A stretch of 64,000 bases of DNA from the human T2T-CHM13v2.0 reference genome, Homo sapiens: the NCBI RefSeq assembly GCF_009914755.1, contig NC_060947.1; one strand, 5' to 3'. A model generated the notes under the pieces. That model did not search any database, had not been told where the DNA came from, and saw only the letters and a program-made list of their open reading frames with translations. Shown in pieces: positions 1 to 12,749 of this stretch (positions within the stretch are counted from its first letter, which is position 1; each line of letters opens with the position of its first letter). The translations under genes were made by a program, and so were the position numbers.

Positions 1-240
1 TCCTCTCCTTCATAGTCCTCCTCTCTTTCATAAACCTCCTCCTCTCCTTCATAATCCTCCTCCTCTCCTTCTTCTTCTTCCTCCCCCTCTCCTTCTTCTT
101 CTTCCTCCCCCTCTTCACCCTCCTCCTCCTCCTCAAATTCCTCCTCCTCCTTTTCCTCCTCAAATTCTTCTTCCTCCTCCTCTCCCAGCTCCTCCTCCTC
201 TCCCAGTTCCTCCTCCTCTCCTAGCTCCTCCTCCTCTTCT
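1..240. repeat. Polypyrimidine/polypurine (CCT/CTT)n low-complexity tract encoding poly-Glu on the minus strand
   Basis: Almost pure C/T on the plus strand, with internal 18-24 nt periodic units. Confidence 0.95.
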
Positions 241-471
241 ACTAGCTGAAAAAAACCAGTTCTCGATGGGGACCCAGGCCTCATCTTCCTCCTCCTCCAA
301 AACAGCTTCTATTGCCTCCTGGAAATCCTCAGGGGCTACCTCTGCCTCGGCTTCAGCCACCCATTCTTCAGGCACCAAGGCACTCCCGATGAATCCAGGG
401 TCCAGGGCTGCCCCGTCACAAGCTCCACTCTGGCTATGTTGGGCCAGGTCTCACTTCTCAGAGGTAGACAT
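1..471 (-). pseudogene. 5' part of a disrupted acidic/poly-Glu gene, CT47-like N-terminus (continues beyond window edge)
   Basis: Minus strand: GCC-ATG at 471 reads MSTSEK*DLAQHSQSGACDGAALDPGFIGSALVPEEWVAEAEAEVAPEDFQEAIEAVLEEEEDEAWVPIENWFF. TGA at 453-451 (CGA>TGA plausible). Removing one T from the T7 run at 249-255 gives an open frame QLVEEEEELGEEEELG...EEEDYEGEEEVYEREEDYEGE to base 1. The N-terminus resembles recalled CT47A (MSATGDRHPTQGDQ); family assignment is inference. Confidence 0.6.
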
Positions 472-830
472 GGCAGGAGGGACTCACCAGTCAGGACCTC
501 AACTGGAGCAACAAATGGGGCTGCAGCGACAAAGGCAGCAAAGATGGCGGCCACCCAGATCACTGCCGCTGAGGAGAGGGAGTCCGCTGGCAGTCAGGCC
601 TGCTGCAAAGTGGTGGGGGTGGCAGAGAAGGCGGCCAAATGGGAGACAACAGTCTGTGATAGTGGCTGTGGAAGCCCCGGAACACGAAGGTGGGGCGAAG
701 TGGGACCCGCCAAGGCTGCCACTAAAATGGCTGCTGACAAGGTCAGCCACAGGGGCAGAGCCTGGATGGGTCAACAAATGGCAACTTCCCTTCTTACAAG
801 CTGTAAACTCACTTGCTGAGACGTGACAAT
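472..830 (-). promoter_or_regulatory. GC-rich putative promoter/5' UTR of the pseudogene with YY1-type motifs
   Basis: AAGATGGCGGC at 541-551 (YY1 consensus), AAAATGGCTGC at 724-734, CAAATGGCAAC at 775-785; locally GC-rich with some CpG retained. Confidence 0.45.
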
Positions 831-1226
831 GGAGATGCTCTGTGTCTAATGAGTGAGCAAGGTCCTCAGTTTCCCTTGAGGCCTCAGGGCGCTGGGCTAC
901 CCACCCCTGCTGCCCCTCACTGAGCTCACACAAGTGTGGTCCTTTTAATCCTACCGTTGCCAACAAACTATAGTGTTCTGATATGCTGGGCCTCCTGGGG
1001 CATGTGACCTTAATTTGTTTCCCAGTTTCCACCTGGAGACACCTTGTGCCAGTAGGGACACTGTCATAAATAAATAAATAAATCAGTATATAGATCAAAT
1101 ATCAGTGATGGTACAGAGAGAGAATTTGGATATTTTAGCATTATTAAATCTACTTAGAAAAGAATACATAAAGTTTAAATGGATGCGGTCAGAACGGAGT
1201 TGAAGAAGTGTTAAAAACAGGAAAAT

Positions 1227-2130
1227 GGGGAGGAGCCAAGATGGCCGAATAGGAACAGCTCCGGTCTACAGCTCCCAGCGTGAGCGACGCAGAAGACGGG
1301 TGATTTCTGCATTTCCATCTGAGGTACCGGGTTCATCTCACTAGGGAGTGCCAGACAGTGGGCGCAGGCCAGTGTGTGTGCGCACCGTGCGCGAGCCGAA
1401 GCAGGGCGAGGCATTGCCTCACCTGGGAAGCGCAAGGGGTCAGGGAGTTCCCTTTCCGAGTCAAAGAAAGGGGTGACGGACGCACCTGGAAAATCGGGTC
1501 ACTCCCACCCGAATATTGCGCTTTTCAGACCGGCTTAAGAAACGGCCCACCACGAGACTATATCCCACACCTGGCTCAGAGGGTCCTACGCCCACGGAAT
1601 CTCGCTGATTGCTAGCACAGCAGTCTGAGATCAAACTGCAAGGCGGCAACGAGGCTGGGGGAGGGGCGCCCGCCATTGCCCAGGCTTGCTTAGGTAAACA
1701 AAGCAGCCGGGAAGCTCGAACTGGGTGGAGCCCACCACAGCTCAAGGAGGCCTGCCTGCCTCTGTAGGCTCCACCTCTGGGGGCAGGGCACAGACAAACA
1801 AAAAGACAGCAGTAACCTCTGCAGACTTAAGTGTCCCTGTCTGACAGCTTTGAAGAGAGCAGTGGTTCTCCCAGCACGCAGCTGGAGATCTGAGAACGGG
1901 CAGACTGCCTCCTCAAGTGGGTCCCTGACCCCTGACCCCCGAGCAGCCTAACTGGGAGGCACCCCCAGCAGGGGCACACTGACACCTCACACGGCAGGGT
2001 ATTCCAACAGACCTGCAGCTGAGGGTCCTGTCTGTTAGAAGGAAAACTAACAACCAGAAAGGACATCTACACCGAAAACCCATCTGTACATCACCATCAT
2101 CAAAGACCAAAAGTAGATAAAACCACAAAG
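1227..2130 (+). promoter_or_regulatory. L1 5' UTR with CpG-rich internal sense promoter and antisense promoter
   Basis: About 900 bp of canonical L1HS 5' UTR, YY1 site near 1238-1246, high CpG content. Confidence 0.9.
1461..1676 (-). CDS. L1 ORF0 (71 aa antisense ORF), intact
   Basis: ATG at 1676 reads MAGAPPPASLPPCSLISDCCASNQRDSVGVGPSEPG...RCVRHPFL*, matching the known primate ORF0. Confidence 0.85.
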   Translation of the reverse strand: MAGAPPPASLPPCSLISDCCASNQRDSVGVGPSEPGVGYSLVVGRFLSRSEKRNIRVGVTRFSRCVRHPFL

Positions 2131-3147
2131 ATGGGGAAAAAACAGAACAGAAAAACTGGAAACTCTAAAACGCAGAGCGCCTCTCCTCCTCCAAAGGAAC
2201 GCAGTTCCTCACCAGCAACGGAACAAAGCTGGATGGAGAATGATTTTGACGAGCTGAGAGAAGAAGGCTTCAGACGATCAAATTACTCTGAGCTACGGGA
2301 GGACATTCAAACCAAAGGCAAAGAAGTTGAAAACTTTGAAAAAAATTTAGAAGAATGTATAACTAGAATAACCAATACAGAGAAGTGCTTAAAGGAGCTG
2401 ATGGAGCTGAAAACCAAGGCTCGAGAACTACGTGAAGAATGCAGAAGCCTCAGGAGCCGATGCGATCAACTGGAAGAAAGGGTATCAGCAATGGAAGATG
2501 AAATGAATGAAATGAAGCCAGAAGGGAAGTTTAGAGAAAAAAGAATAAAAAGAAATGAGCAAAGCCTCCAAGAAATATGGGACTATGTGAAAAGACCAAA
2601 TCTACGTCTGATTGGTGTACCTGAAAGTGATGTGGAGAATGGAACCAAGTTGGAAAACACTCTGCAGGATATTATCCAGGAGAACTTCCCCAATCTAGCA
2701 AGGCAGGCCAACGTTCAGATTCAGGAAATACAGAGAACGCCACAAAGATACTCCTCGAGAAGAGCAACTCCAAGACACATAATTGTCAGATTCACCAAAG
2801 TTGAAATGAAGGAAAAAATGTTAAGGGCAGCCAGAGAGAAAGGTCGGGTTACCCTCAAAGGAAAGCCCATCAGACTAACAGCGGATCTCTCGGCAGAAAC
2901 CCTACAAGCCAGAAGAGAGTGGGGGCCAATATTCAACATTCTTAAAGAAAAGAATTTTCAACCCAGAATTTCATATCCAGCCAAACTAAGCTTCATAAGT
3001 GAAGGAGAAATAAAATACTTTATAGACAAGCAAATGCTGAGAGATTTTGTCACCACCAGGCCTGCCCTAAAAGAGCTCCTGAAGGAAGCGCTAAACATGG
3101 AAAGGAACAACCGGTACCAGCCGCTGCAAAATCATGCCAAAATGTAA
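2131..3147 (+). CDS. L1 ORF1p (338 aa, coiled coil/RRM/CTD RNA-binding chaperone) with R130P
   Basis: Full-length MGKKQNRK...LQNHAKM; EMKPEGKF where recalled L1.3 has EMKREGKF. Confidence 0.95.
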   Translation: MGKKQNRKTGNSKTQSASPPPKERSSSPATEQSWMENDFDELREEGFRRSNYSELREDIQTKGKEVENFEKNLEECITRITNTEKCLKELMELKTKARELREECRSLRSRCDQLEERVSAMEDEMNEMKPEGKFREKRIKRNEQSLQEIWDYVKRPNLRLIGVPESDVENGTKLENTLQDIIQENFPNLARQANVQIQEIQRTPQRYSSRRATPRHIIVRFTKVEMKEKMLRAAREKGRVTLKGKPIRLTADLSAETLQARREWGPIFNILKEKNFQPRISYPAKLSFISEGEIKYFIDKQMLRDFVTTRPALKELLKEALNMERNNRYQPLQNHAKM

Positions 3148-3210
3148 AGACCATCGAGACTAGGAAGAAACTGCATCAACTAATGAGCAAAATCACCAGC
3201 TAACATCATA

Positions 3211-7042
<3,832 letters not shown>

Positions 7043-7277
7043 ACAATGAGAACACATGGACACAGGAAGGGGAATATCACACTCTGGGGACTGTGGTGGG
7101 GTCGGGGGAGGGGGGAGGGATAGCATTGGGAGATATACCTAATGCTAGATGACACATTAGTGGGTGCAGCGCACCAGCATGGCACATGTATACATATGTA
7201 ACTAACCTGCACAATGTGCACATGTACCCTAAAACTTAGAGTATAATAAAAAAAAAAAAAAAAAAAAAAAACAGGAA

Positions 7278-7429
7278 AATAGCCGGGCGTGGCGGTATGC
7301 CACTGTAATCCCAGCTACTCGGGAGGCTGAGACAGGAGAATTGCTTGAACCTGGAAGGCAGAGATCACACCACTGCACTCAAGCCTGGGTGGCAGAGCAA
7401 GACTCCGAAAAAAAAAACAAAACAAAAAA
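7278..7429 (+). mobile_element. 5'-truncated Alu (right monomer only, internal deletion)
   Basis: AGCCGGGCGTGGCGG...TGTAATCCCAGCTACTCGGGAGGCTGAG...GCAAGACTCC plus A-tail; probable TSD AAAAACAGGAA / AAAACGGGAA (7431-7440). Confidence 0.85.
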
Positions 7430-7723
7430 AAAAACGGGAAGGTGATTAAAGAATGAATGTTGCTAAATCCACCTGCAGTCTCCAAAGAGTGAATAAGGAT
7501 AGAGAGATAGTTTTTAAAGGACCAGGACTAACCATGACAAAGAGTAAAAGGACAAGCTTCCTAGAATGATTTCTGAGACAATAGTACAGGACACTTTGTC
7601 GTATTTAGCCCCATTTAGTTAATACATCAAGTGTAAATGATCTTAAAATTATGAAGCAATCAACAACTATTTTATACTGATTCCATTTACCATTGTCAGT
7701 GAGCACAGAAGCACCAAAAGAAT

Positions 7724-8493
7724 TGTAAACTAGAAATAAAATTCTAAGCCCACCCCATTAACTGAACAGACCCCCTCTTGGCCAGGGGGAACCCAGGGAA
7801 ACCTTAAAAACTGAGTTCCCCGCCATGACAAGACGGGAGGTCAAACATGCCTCATGATGCCCCTTCCCTTTTGTAGTTTAGACAGCAACCAACCTGCAGA
7901 ATGTTAAAATAGAGATAATACGACTGACAAAACAGAACCTTGTGGCAATAAGACACCAAATTATAAACAAAACCTAGGACCATGCCAGGCAAGGGTTAAG
8001 TCATGCCTGCAGGCCATCAATCTTGCTAAAGAGGTCATTTTGACCCAGTATATTGTGATTGGCTCTGATATAGCATCCTTATCTTAACTTGAACTTTTCT
8101 TTCTTCTGACCTCAAGTTTTAGACAGAGCCTTACTCCTTTAACCAATTGGAAATTAAATAATCTCCAAATTCACCTATAATCTGTAAGCTCCACTCTCCC
8201 TCAACCCTGTGCTTCAAGATATCTTGTCGAACCAATGTCTACCTTCCATGTATTGATTTATGTTTTTGCATGTAATTCCTGCCTCCCTGGAATGTATAAA
8301 ACCAAACTGTATGGCATTCTATTTACTATCAGCAAAAAAATAAAAAAATAATAAACAAACCGTAGCCTGGCTTCCTCAGGACCACTTACTCAAGGCTTTT
8401 TGTGTTAGTGTTTTCCCTGAACCGCAATCACTCATATTGGCTCAAAATAAACCTCTTTAAAATATTTTACAGAGTTTGGTTTTTCTGTAAACA
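7724..8493 (+). mobile_element. Solo ERV1 LTR, MER4 group (MER4D/E-like)
   Basis: TGTAAACTAGAAATAAAATTCTAAGCCC start, TTTACAGAGTTTGG...AAACA end, AATAAA, 4-bp TSD GAAT on both sides. Confidence 0.8.
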
Positions 8494-9410
8494 GAATGCC
8501 AGATGAATCCTCTGGATTTCAGACATATTCCTCCCTATCCCCATTATGCAGCAACAACCTTTATCTGTGCATGGTGCAGAGGCCAAAAGAAAATCTACCT
8601 CTGTGCCCTCTAAGGCAGATTAATTGGAGAAAAGGCATACACATTTATTAACACATACACAAGAAGAATCACAGAGTAATTGCCTCATACCCCAATGGGG
8701 CGTAGAAGCTTATATACCATCATGAAATTGCAGAAAGAATGGGGGCTTGGATTCTGGCAAAACAGGTTATTGTGGCAGAACAGGTTATAGGAGGGGGAAG
8801 AAGAGAGATTCTGTTGAGGGGCAATAAATGATTACTAGGGAGAATGAATAGATCTTGGGACAGAGATTAACTTGTAAATAGTTTTCTTGGGAATTTGAAT
8901 GAGTGTGACAGATATTACCATGTGAAAGGGTTTGTTCAGGTGTGGTTCTCTTTGGTGGGTCCACACTTCAGGCAGGAAAAGAAACTTCAGAGAACTCTAT
9001 CTGTGCTTTGGGAGAGACAGAAGATTGAGAGACAGTAGGGAGGAGGATGGTCAGAGAGATCTAGATGTTTTTTCAGTTCAGCATGTCAAAGTGCCGTATT
9101 TTGGGGTATCGGTTTCTGAACCCCAACAGTGATAATCACGGTTGATTTTCCCTATTGATATATAAACTCCTTTCTTTGCCTGCTGATCCATTGCCATGAG
9201 GAAATTGAAGTGACCAGGTAGTGGTTGTAGCCTCAAGTTTAATAGAAACCAACCTGTGTCTCTTACTGGAAGCAGTCTCTCTTGGGACACAGGATATCTA
9301 ATATGGCAGACCTTAAAGTTTCAGGGATAGGAAGTACACATTGTGCAAATGTGCTATGGAGAATGATGGTGAGAAGAGCTGTTGTAGCCTCTTTACAAAG
9401 AAAGGATGGA
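8494..9410 (-). pseudogene. ERV-L-type dUTPase remnant split by an LTR insertion
   Basis: Minus frame near 9130-9290 reads LLPVRDTG.FLLNLRLQPLPGHFNFLMAMDQQAKKGVYISIGKINRDYH and continues at about 8500-8565 as LLLHNGDREEYV*NPED. Matches the recalled ERV-L post-integrase dUTPase (LPPGHFG...QQAKKGV...GVIDPDY...LLLHNGG). Confidence 0.7.
8575..9128 (-). mobile_element. Solo LTR, MER34/MER39-like
   Basis: Minus-strand start TGTTGGGGTTCAGAAACCGATACCCCAAAATACGGCACTTTGACATGCTGAACT; TG...CA termini. Confidence 0.65.
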
Positions 9411-9414
9411 CCCC

Positions 9415-9946
9415 TGTAACAGTTAATTTTAGATGTCAACTTGATTAGATTGAGAGATGTCTAGATGGTTGGTGAAGCATTGTTTCTGGTTGTGTCTATG
9501 AGGGTGTTTCCAGAAAAGATTGACATGTGAGTCAATGAACTGAGAGAGGAAGACATGCTCTCAATGTGGATGGGCACTAATCTGGGGTTAGACCTAGAAC
9601 AAAGTATCCAGAAGAAGGGAGATATTCAGCTTGTTTAGTTTTCTTTTTCATGCTCTCTCTCTCTTCTACAGCAGGATGTCCTTTCCCCTCTACTGCCTTT
9701 GGATATCAGACTTCAGGTTCTTCGGCCTTTGGACTTTGGGACCTGCACCAGCAGCCTCCTAGAGGCTTTCAGCCCTTCAGCCTCAGATTAAAGTCTTCAC
9801 TGTCAGCTTCCCTGGTTTTGAGCTTTCAAACTTGGACTGAGCCACACTACTGTATTCTCTAGGACCCAGGCTGGTGGGATCTTTCACACTCCATCTTGTA
9901 GAAAACCTATCACAGGACTTTGCCTTTGTGATTGTGTGAGCCAATT
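9415..9946 (+). mobile_element. MLT2B-like ERV-L LTR (interrupted near its 3' end)
   Basis: TGTAACAGTTAATTTTAGATGTCAACTTGATT...GAGGGTGTTTCCAGA...TGTGAGCCAATT, typical of MLT2. Confidence 0.75.
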
Positions 9947-10514
9947 TGTTACTGATAAAGCTGGTCCCCCCCAAAATTGGATCTTTTCCTACTAAGTGTT
10001 GTGAAGCCAATACGCAAAACCAAAAGAAAGCCTCGAGCAGTGCAGTCTTGTTTGATGGCCATGAAATTGAGAAGCAGGAGTGTGGCTCACAAATCAACTT
10101 CTCAGTTCACTCATGAGAGCTGGGAAAACACAGATATAGGATATCTTTAATGAATGGGTTGGGCATTAAAAGCAAGGGGAGGAATATTCATGTCTTTTCC
10201 GGTAATGGGCAGAAAACTTCTCAAAACCGGAGTACCACCTTCTGTTTTGTCCTTCTATGGTTTCTTCCAGTTGTTGTCATGAAGACTGTCAATGGTCATG
10301 ATGTTGGTGGGTGTGTTATTTAGCATGGAAATTAGACTATAATGAACCTAGAGGTTCTTCAGAGGTTGAGCTTCCATCTTGGATCCCACCGTCTTAGCCC
10401 ATTTGGTCACAAAAGGGAACTTCTGACCTCAGGCATTCTGTGTCTTAAAGATAAGCAGAGTTTAAGGCAAGGTAGAAATTTACCTACACCACGTAGGCAT
10501 TACGCTGGGTAAGA
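9947..10514. mobile_element. Probable solo LTR of undetermined family inserted in MLT2B
   Basis: TGTTAC...GTAAGA near-inverted termini, about 570 bp; interrupts the MLT2 sequence at GCCAATT. Confidence 0.45.
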
Positions 10515-10909
10515 ATTCTCCCTACAATCCCCACCTAAAATTTAATTCAGATGTCAAGACTGATAACATCTTACACAAAGCAAGAAGGTATGATTTATTA
10601 CTTACATAATAAATGCTTTCAGAGGAGAGAAGGGCAGGCTTCCCACGATGATCTGAAAATGGCTTGAGAAAGTGGAAAAAGAAGACTGACTTCAGGTTTT
10701 TGTTGTGGTTAGGGAGAGGGGTCATGATGAGGGTTCCAATTGCACAAGTATGGACTTGCATGGTTTGAACCTCCTGCTAGTGCCCAAGGAGAAATTACCC
10801 AGGACTTTTTATCAGTTTGCCCAGATATGGGGTGGAGGGGAAGAAGGGGGGTTGAGGTTTAAAAGCTCTCAGCATTCAAATATTCAAAAATGGAATCAGA
10901 CTCCTTTGT

Positions 10910-11384
10910 ATCATGCTGCTATAAAGACACATGGCCACGTATGTTTATTGCGGCACTACTCACAATAGCAAAGACTTGGAACCAACCCAAATGTCCAACA
11001 ATGATAGACTGGATTAAGAAAATGTGGTACATATACACCATGGAATGCTTCGCAGCCATAAAAGGGATGAGTTCATGTCCTTTGTAGGGACATGGATGAA
11101 GCTGGAAACCATCATTCTCAGCAAACTATCGCAAGGACAAAAAACCAAACACCGCATGTTCTCACTCATAGGTGGGAACTGAACAATGAGAACACTTGGA
11201 CCCAGGAAGGGGAACATCACACACTGGGGCCTGTTGTGGGGTGAGGGGAGGGGGGAGGGATAGCATTAGGAGATATACCTAATGTAAATGACGAGTTAAT
11301 GGGTGCGGCACACCAACATGGCACATGTATACATATGTAACAAACCTGCACGTTGTGCACACGTACCCTAGAACTTAAAGTAAT
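10910..11384 (+). mobile_element. 5'-truncated L1PA 3' end (older than L1HS, GAG diagnostic)
   Basis: Homologous to 6770-7245; AATGTAAATGACGAGTTAATGGG; tail decayed to (TA)/(CA). Confidence 0.85.
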
Positions 11385-11429
11385 ATATATACACACACAT
11401 ATATAAAGAGCCAGTCTGATGTTTTACTC

Positions 11430-11520
11430 CTTGGTTCCCAGATTCACATACTCTAGATTTGGAGGCCACAGCATCAAATATCAGTTTTTATTTCAGATCC
11501 TGGAGGAAAGTGCCCTAGCT
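11430..11520 (-). pseudogene. ERV-L integrase C-terminal remnant of the outer element
   Basis: Minus strand resembles the ERV-L IN segment (LQD...GAVSP.RIHGSGNQG): GATGCTGTGGCCTCCAAATCTAGAGTATGTGAATCTGGGAACCAAG. Confidence 0.45.
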
Positions 11521-11559
11521 GCTCAAAGTGTTGCACCTGAGCTGATACATTAGCTGAGC

Positions 11560-12700
11560 TGCTTTACCTGAACAATAGAATGAAGACAAACACAAAGGAG
11601 ATGCTGATGAACATAAATACTACTCCCTGGTGAGCCTGAATGTAGTCTAAGGCCAGTCTATTATTCATTAAAACCTATACAAAAAAGTTTAGACTGATTA
11701 GCTGATGTTATAGAGTTTGTGGCATCTCATTGGCTATGGTTGCTAAAGATAATGATTGGTACCTGATCATTGTCTCTGGGGCATGGACACTGATGCCGGG
11801 GCATAGAACCAGGAGTAAAAGTACCCCCCAGCTAGGACAGCCCTCTTTATCCAGTGTTCCAACAAGGGATAAAATGGGTGGTATCACCTTCAGTGATTAC
11901 TGGGAGCCATACATGAGCTAAAAAATCACCACTACCCCCAGTGGAAATGTTCTGTGGCCCCCTCTCTAATACATACAAGCATATAACCTGAAGAGGCTTC
12001 TTATACTTGGTTTTGTATTGTTTTGGTAAAATCACATGGGTGACGTCACTGAGTAGACACAGTTTTGATAGCCATACATGGCATAGGCCATTGGTGTGTC
12101 AGAAGAATCATGTGGATTAGTACCGGTCACACATAAACAAGATTGCACTGGTCAGAGTGTTTGTACATGCATGAAGGGATCCAAGTTTGATAGCCGTGGC
12201 TATGGGAGATTTTCAGCTTTTTAGCATGTGGATGAGAAAGATGGACCTCAATGTGAGTTAGTCAGCTGCGGCTACCACTTCACTCAGATGGACCATGGAG
12301 ATGTTTGCCAAGCAGTAGTACTGAATCCAGGGGACATAGAACATTGATTGCTTCCCCCATTCCCATACCTTCCAAGGTCTAAAGACCGCATATACTGAGG
12401 TTGTTACTTTCCCCCAGGCGATGAGGTTGTTGCTCTCCCTCCATGGCCACACAATCTGTTGGTCCTAATCCAGTAGTCAGTACCTTGTCTATTCACCCAT
12501 CCATCTCCCACTTGCTCCCAGACCCATCCAGATGTGCCAGGGGTTATGTGGGCTATGGTACAATAGTAGGAATTTCAGTGATATATTATTATCTATTCAA
12601 TGATCTAGTATCATCTATTGCTGCTTGAGTGAGCCACTGCAGTGGTAAATCCAAGCTTCAGAAATTCTACCAACGGATCATTATCCTTGTGATCTGTGAC
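11560..12700 (-). pseudogene. Degenerate retroviral env (SU remnant, furin site, TM with immunosuppressive domain)
   Basis: Minus strand: WIKR/AVLAGG at 11853-11824; hydrophobic LLLVLCPGISV; heptad QSLSLATIANEMPQTL*HQLISLNFFV*; ISD VLMNNRLALDYIQAHQG at 11674-11624; SU motif ASSGYMLVC near 11970-11997. Confidence 0.75.
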
Positions 12701-12749
12701 ATCCCATGCCCAATGACAGAAGCTAGGTGATAGCAGGAACAATAGGTTG

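Noticed and set aside
1-248. RPGR ORF15-like Glu/Gly-rich exon
   Set aside because: The similarity is compositional only. The upstream frame has its own ATG and unrelated sequence, and no RPGR-like exons are seen upstream.
249-255. Programmed ribosomal frameshift at the T7 run
   Set aside because: The same frame also has an upstream nonsense codon, and homopolymer slippage is the simpler explanation.
266-1098. ORFs 266-826 (+), 436-819 (+) and 499-1098 (-) as real genes
   Set aside because: No recognisable domains; overlapping frames in GC-rich, stop-poor DNA antisense or upstream of the better-supported acidic frame.
7281-7440. L1 3' transduction
   Set aside because: The sequence lies outside the second TSD copy, so it is a pre-existing Alu.
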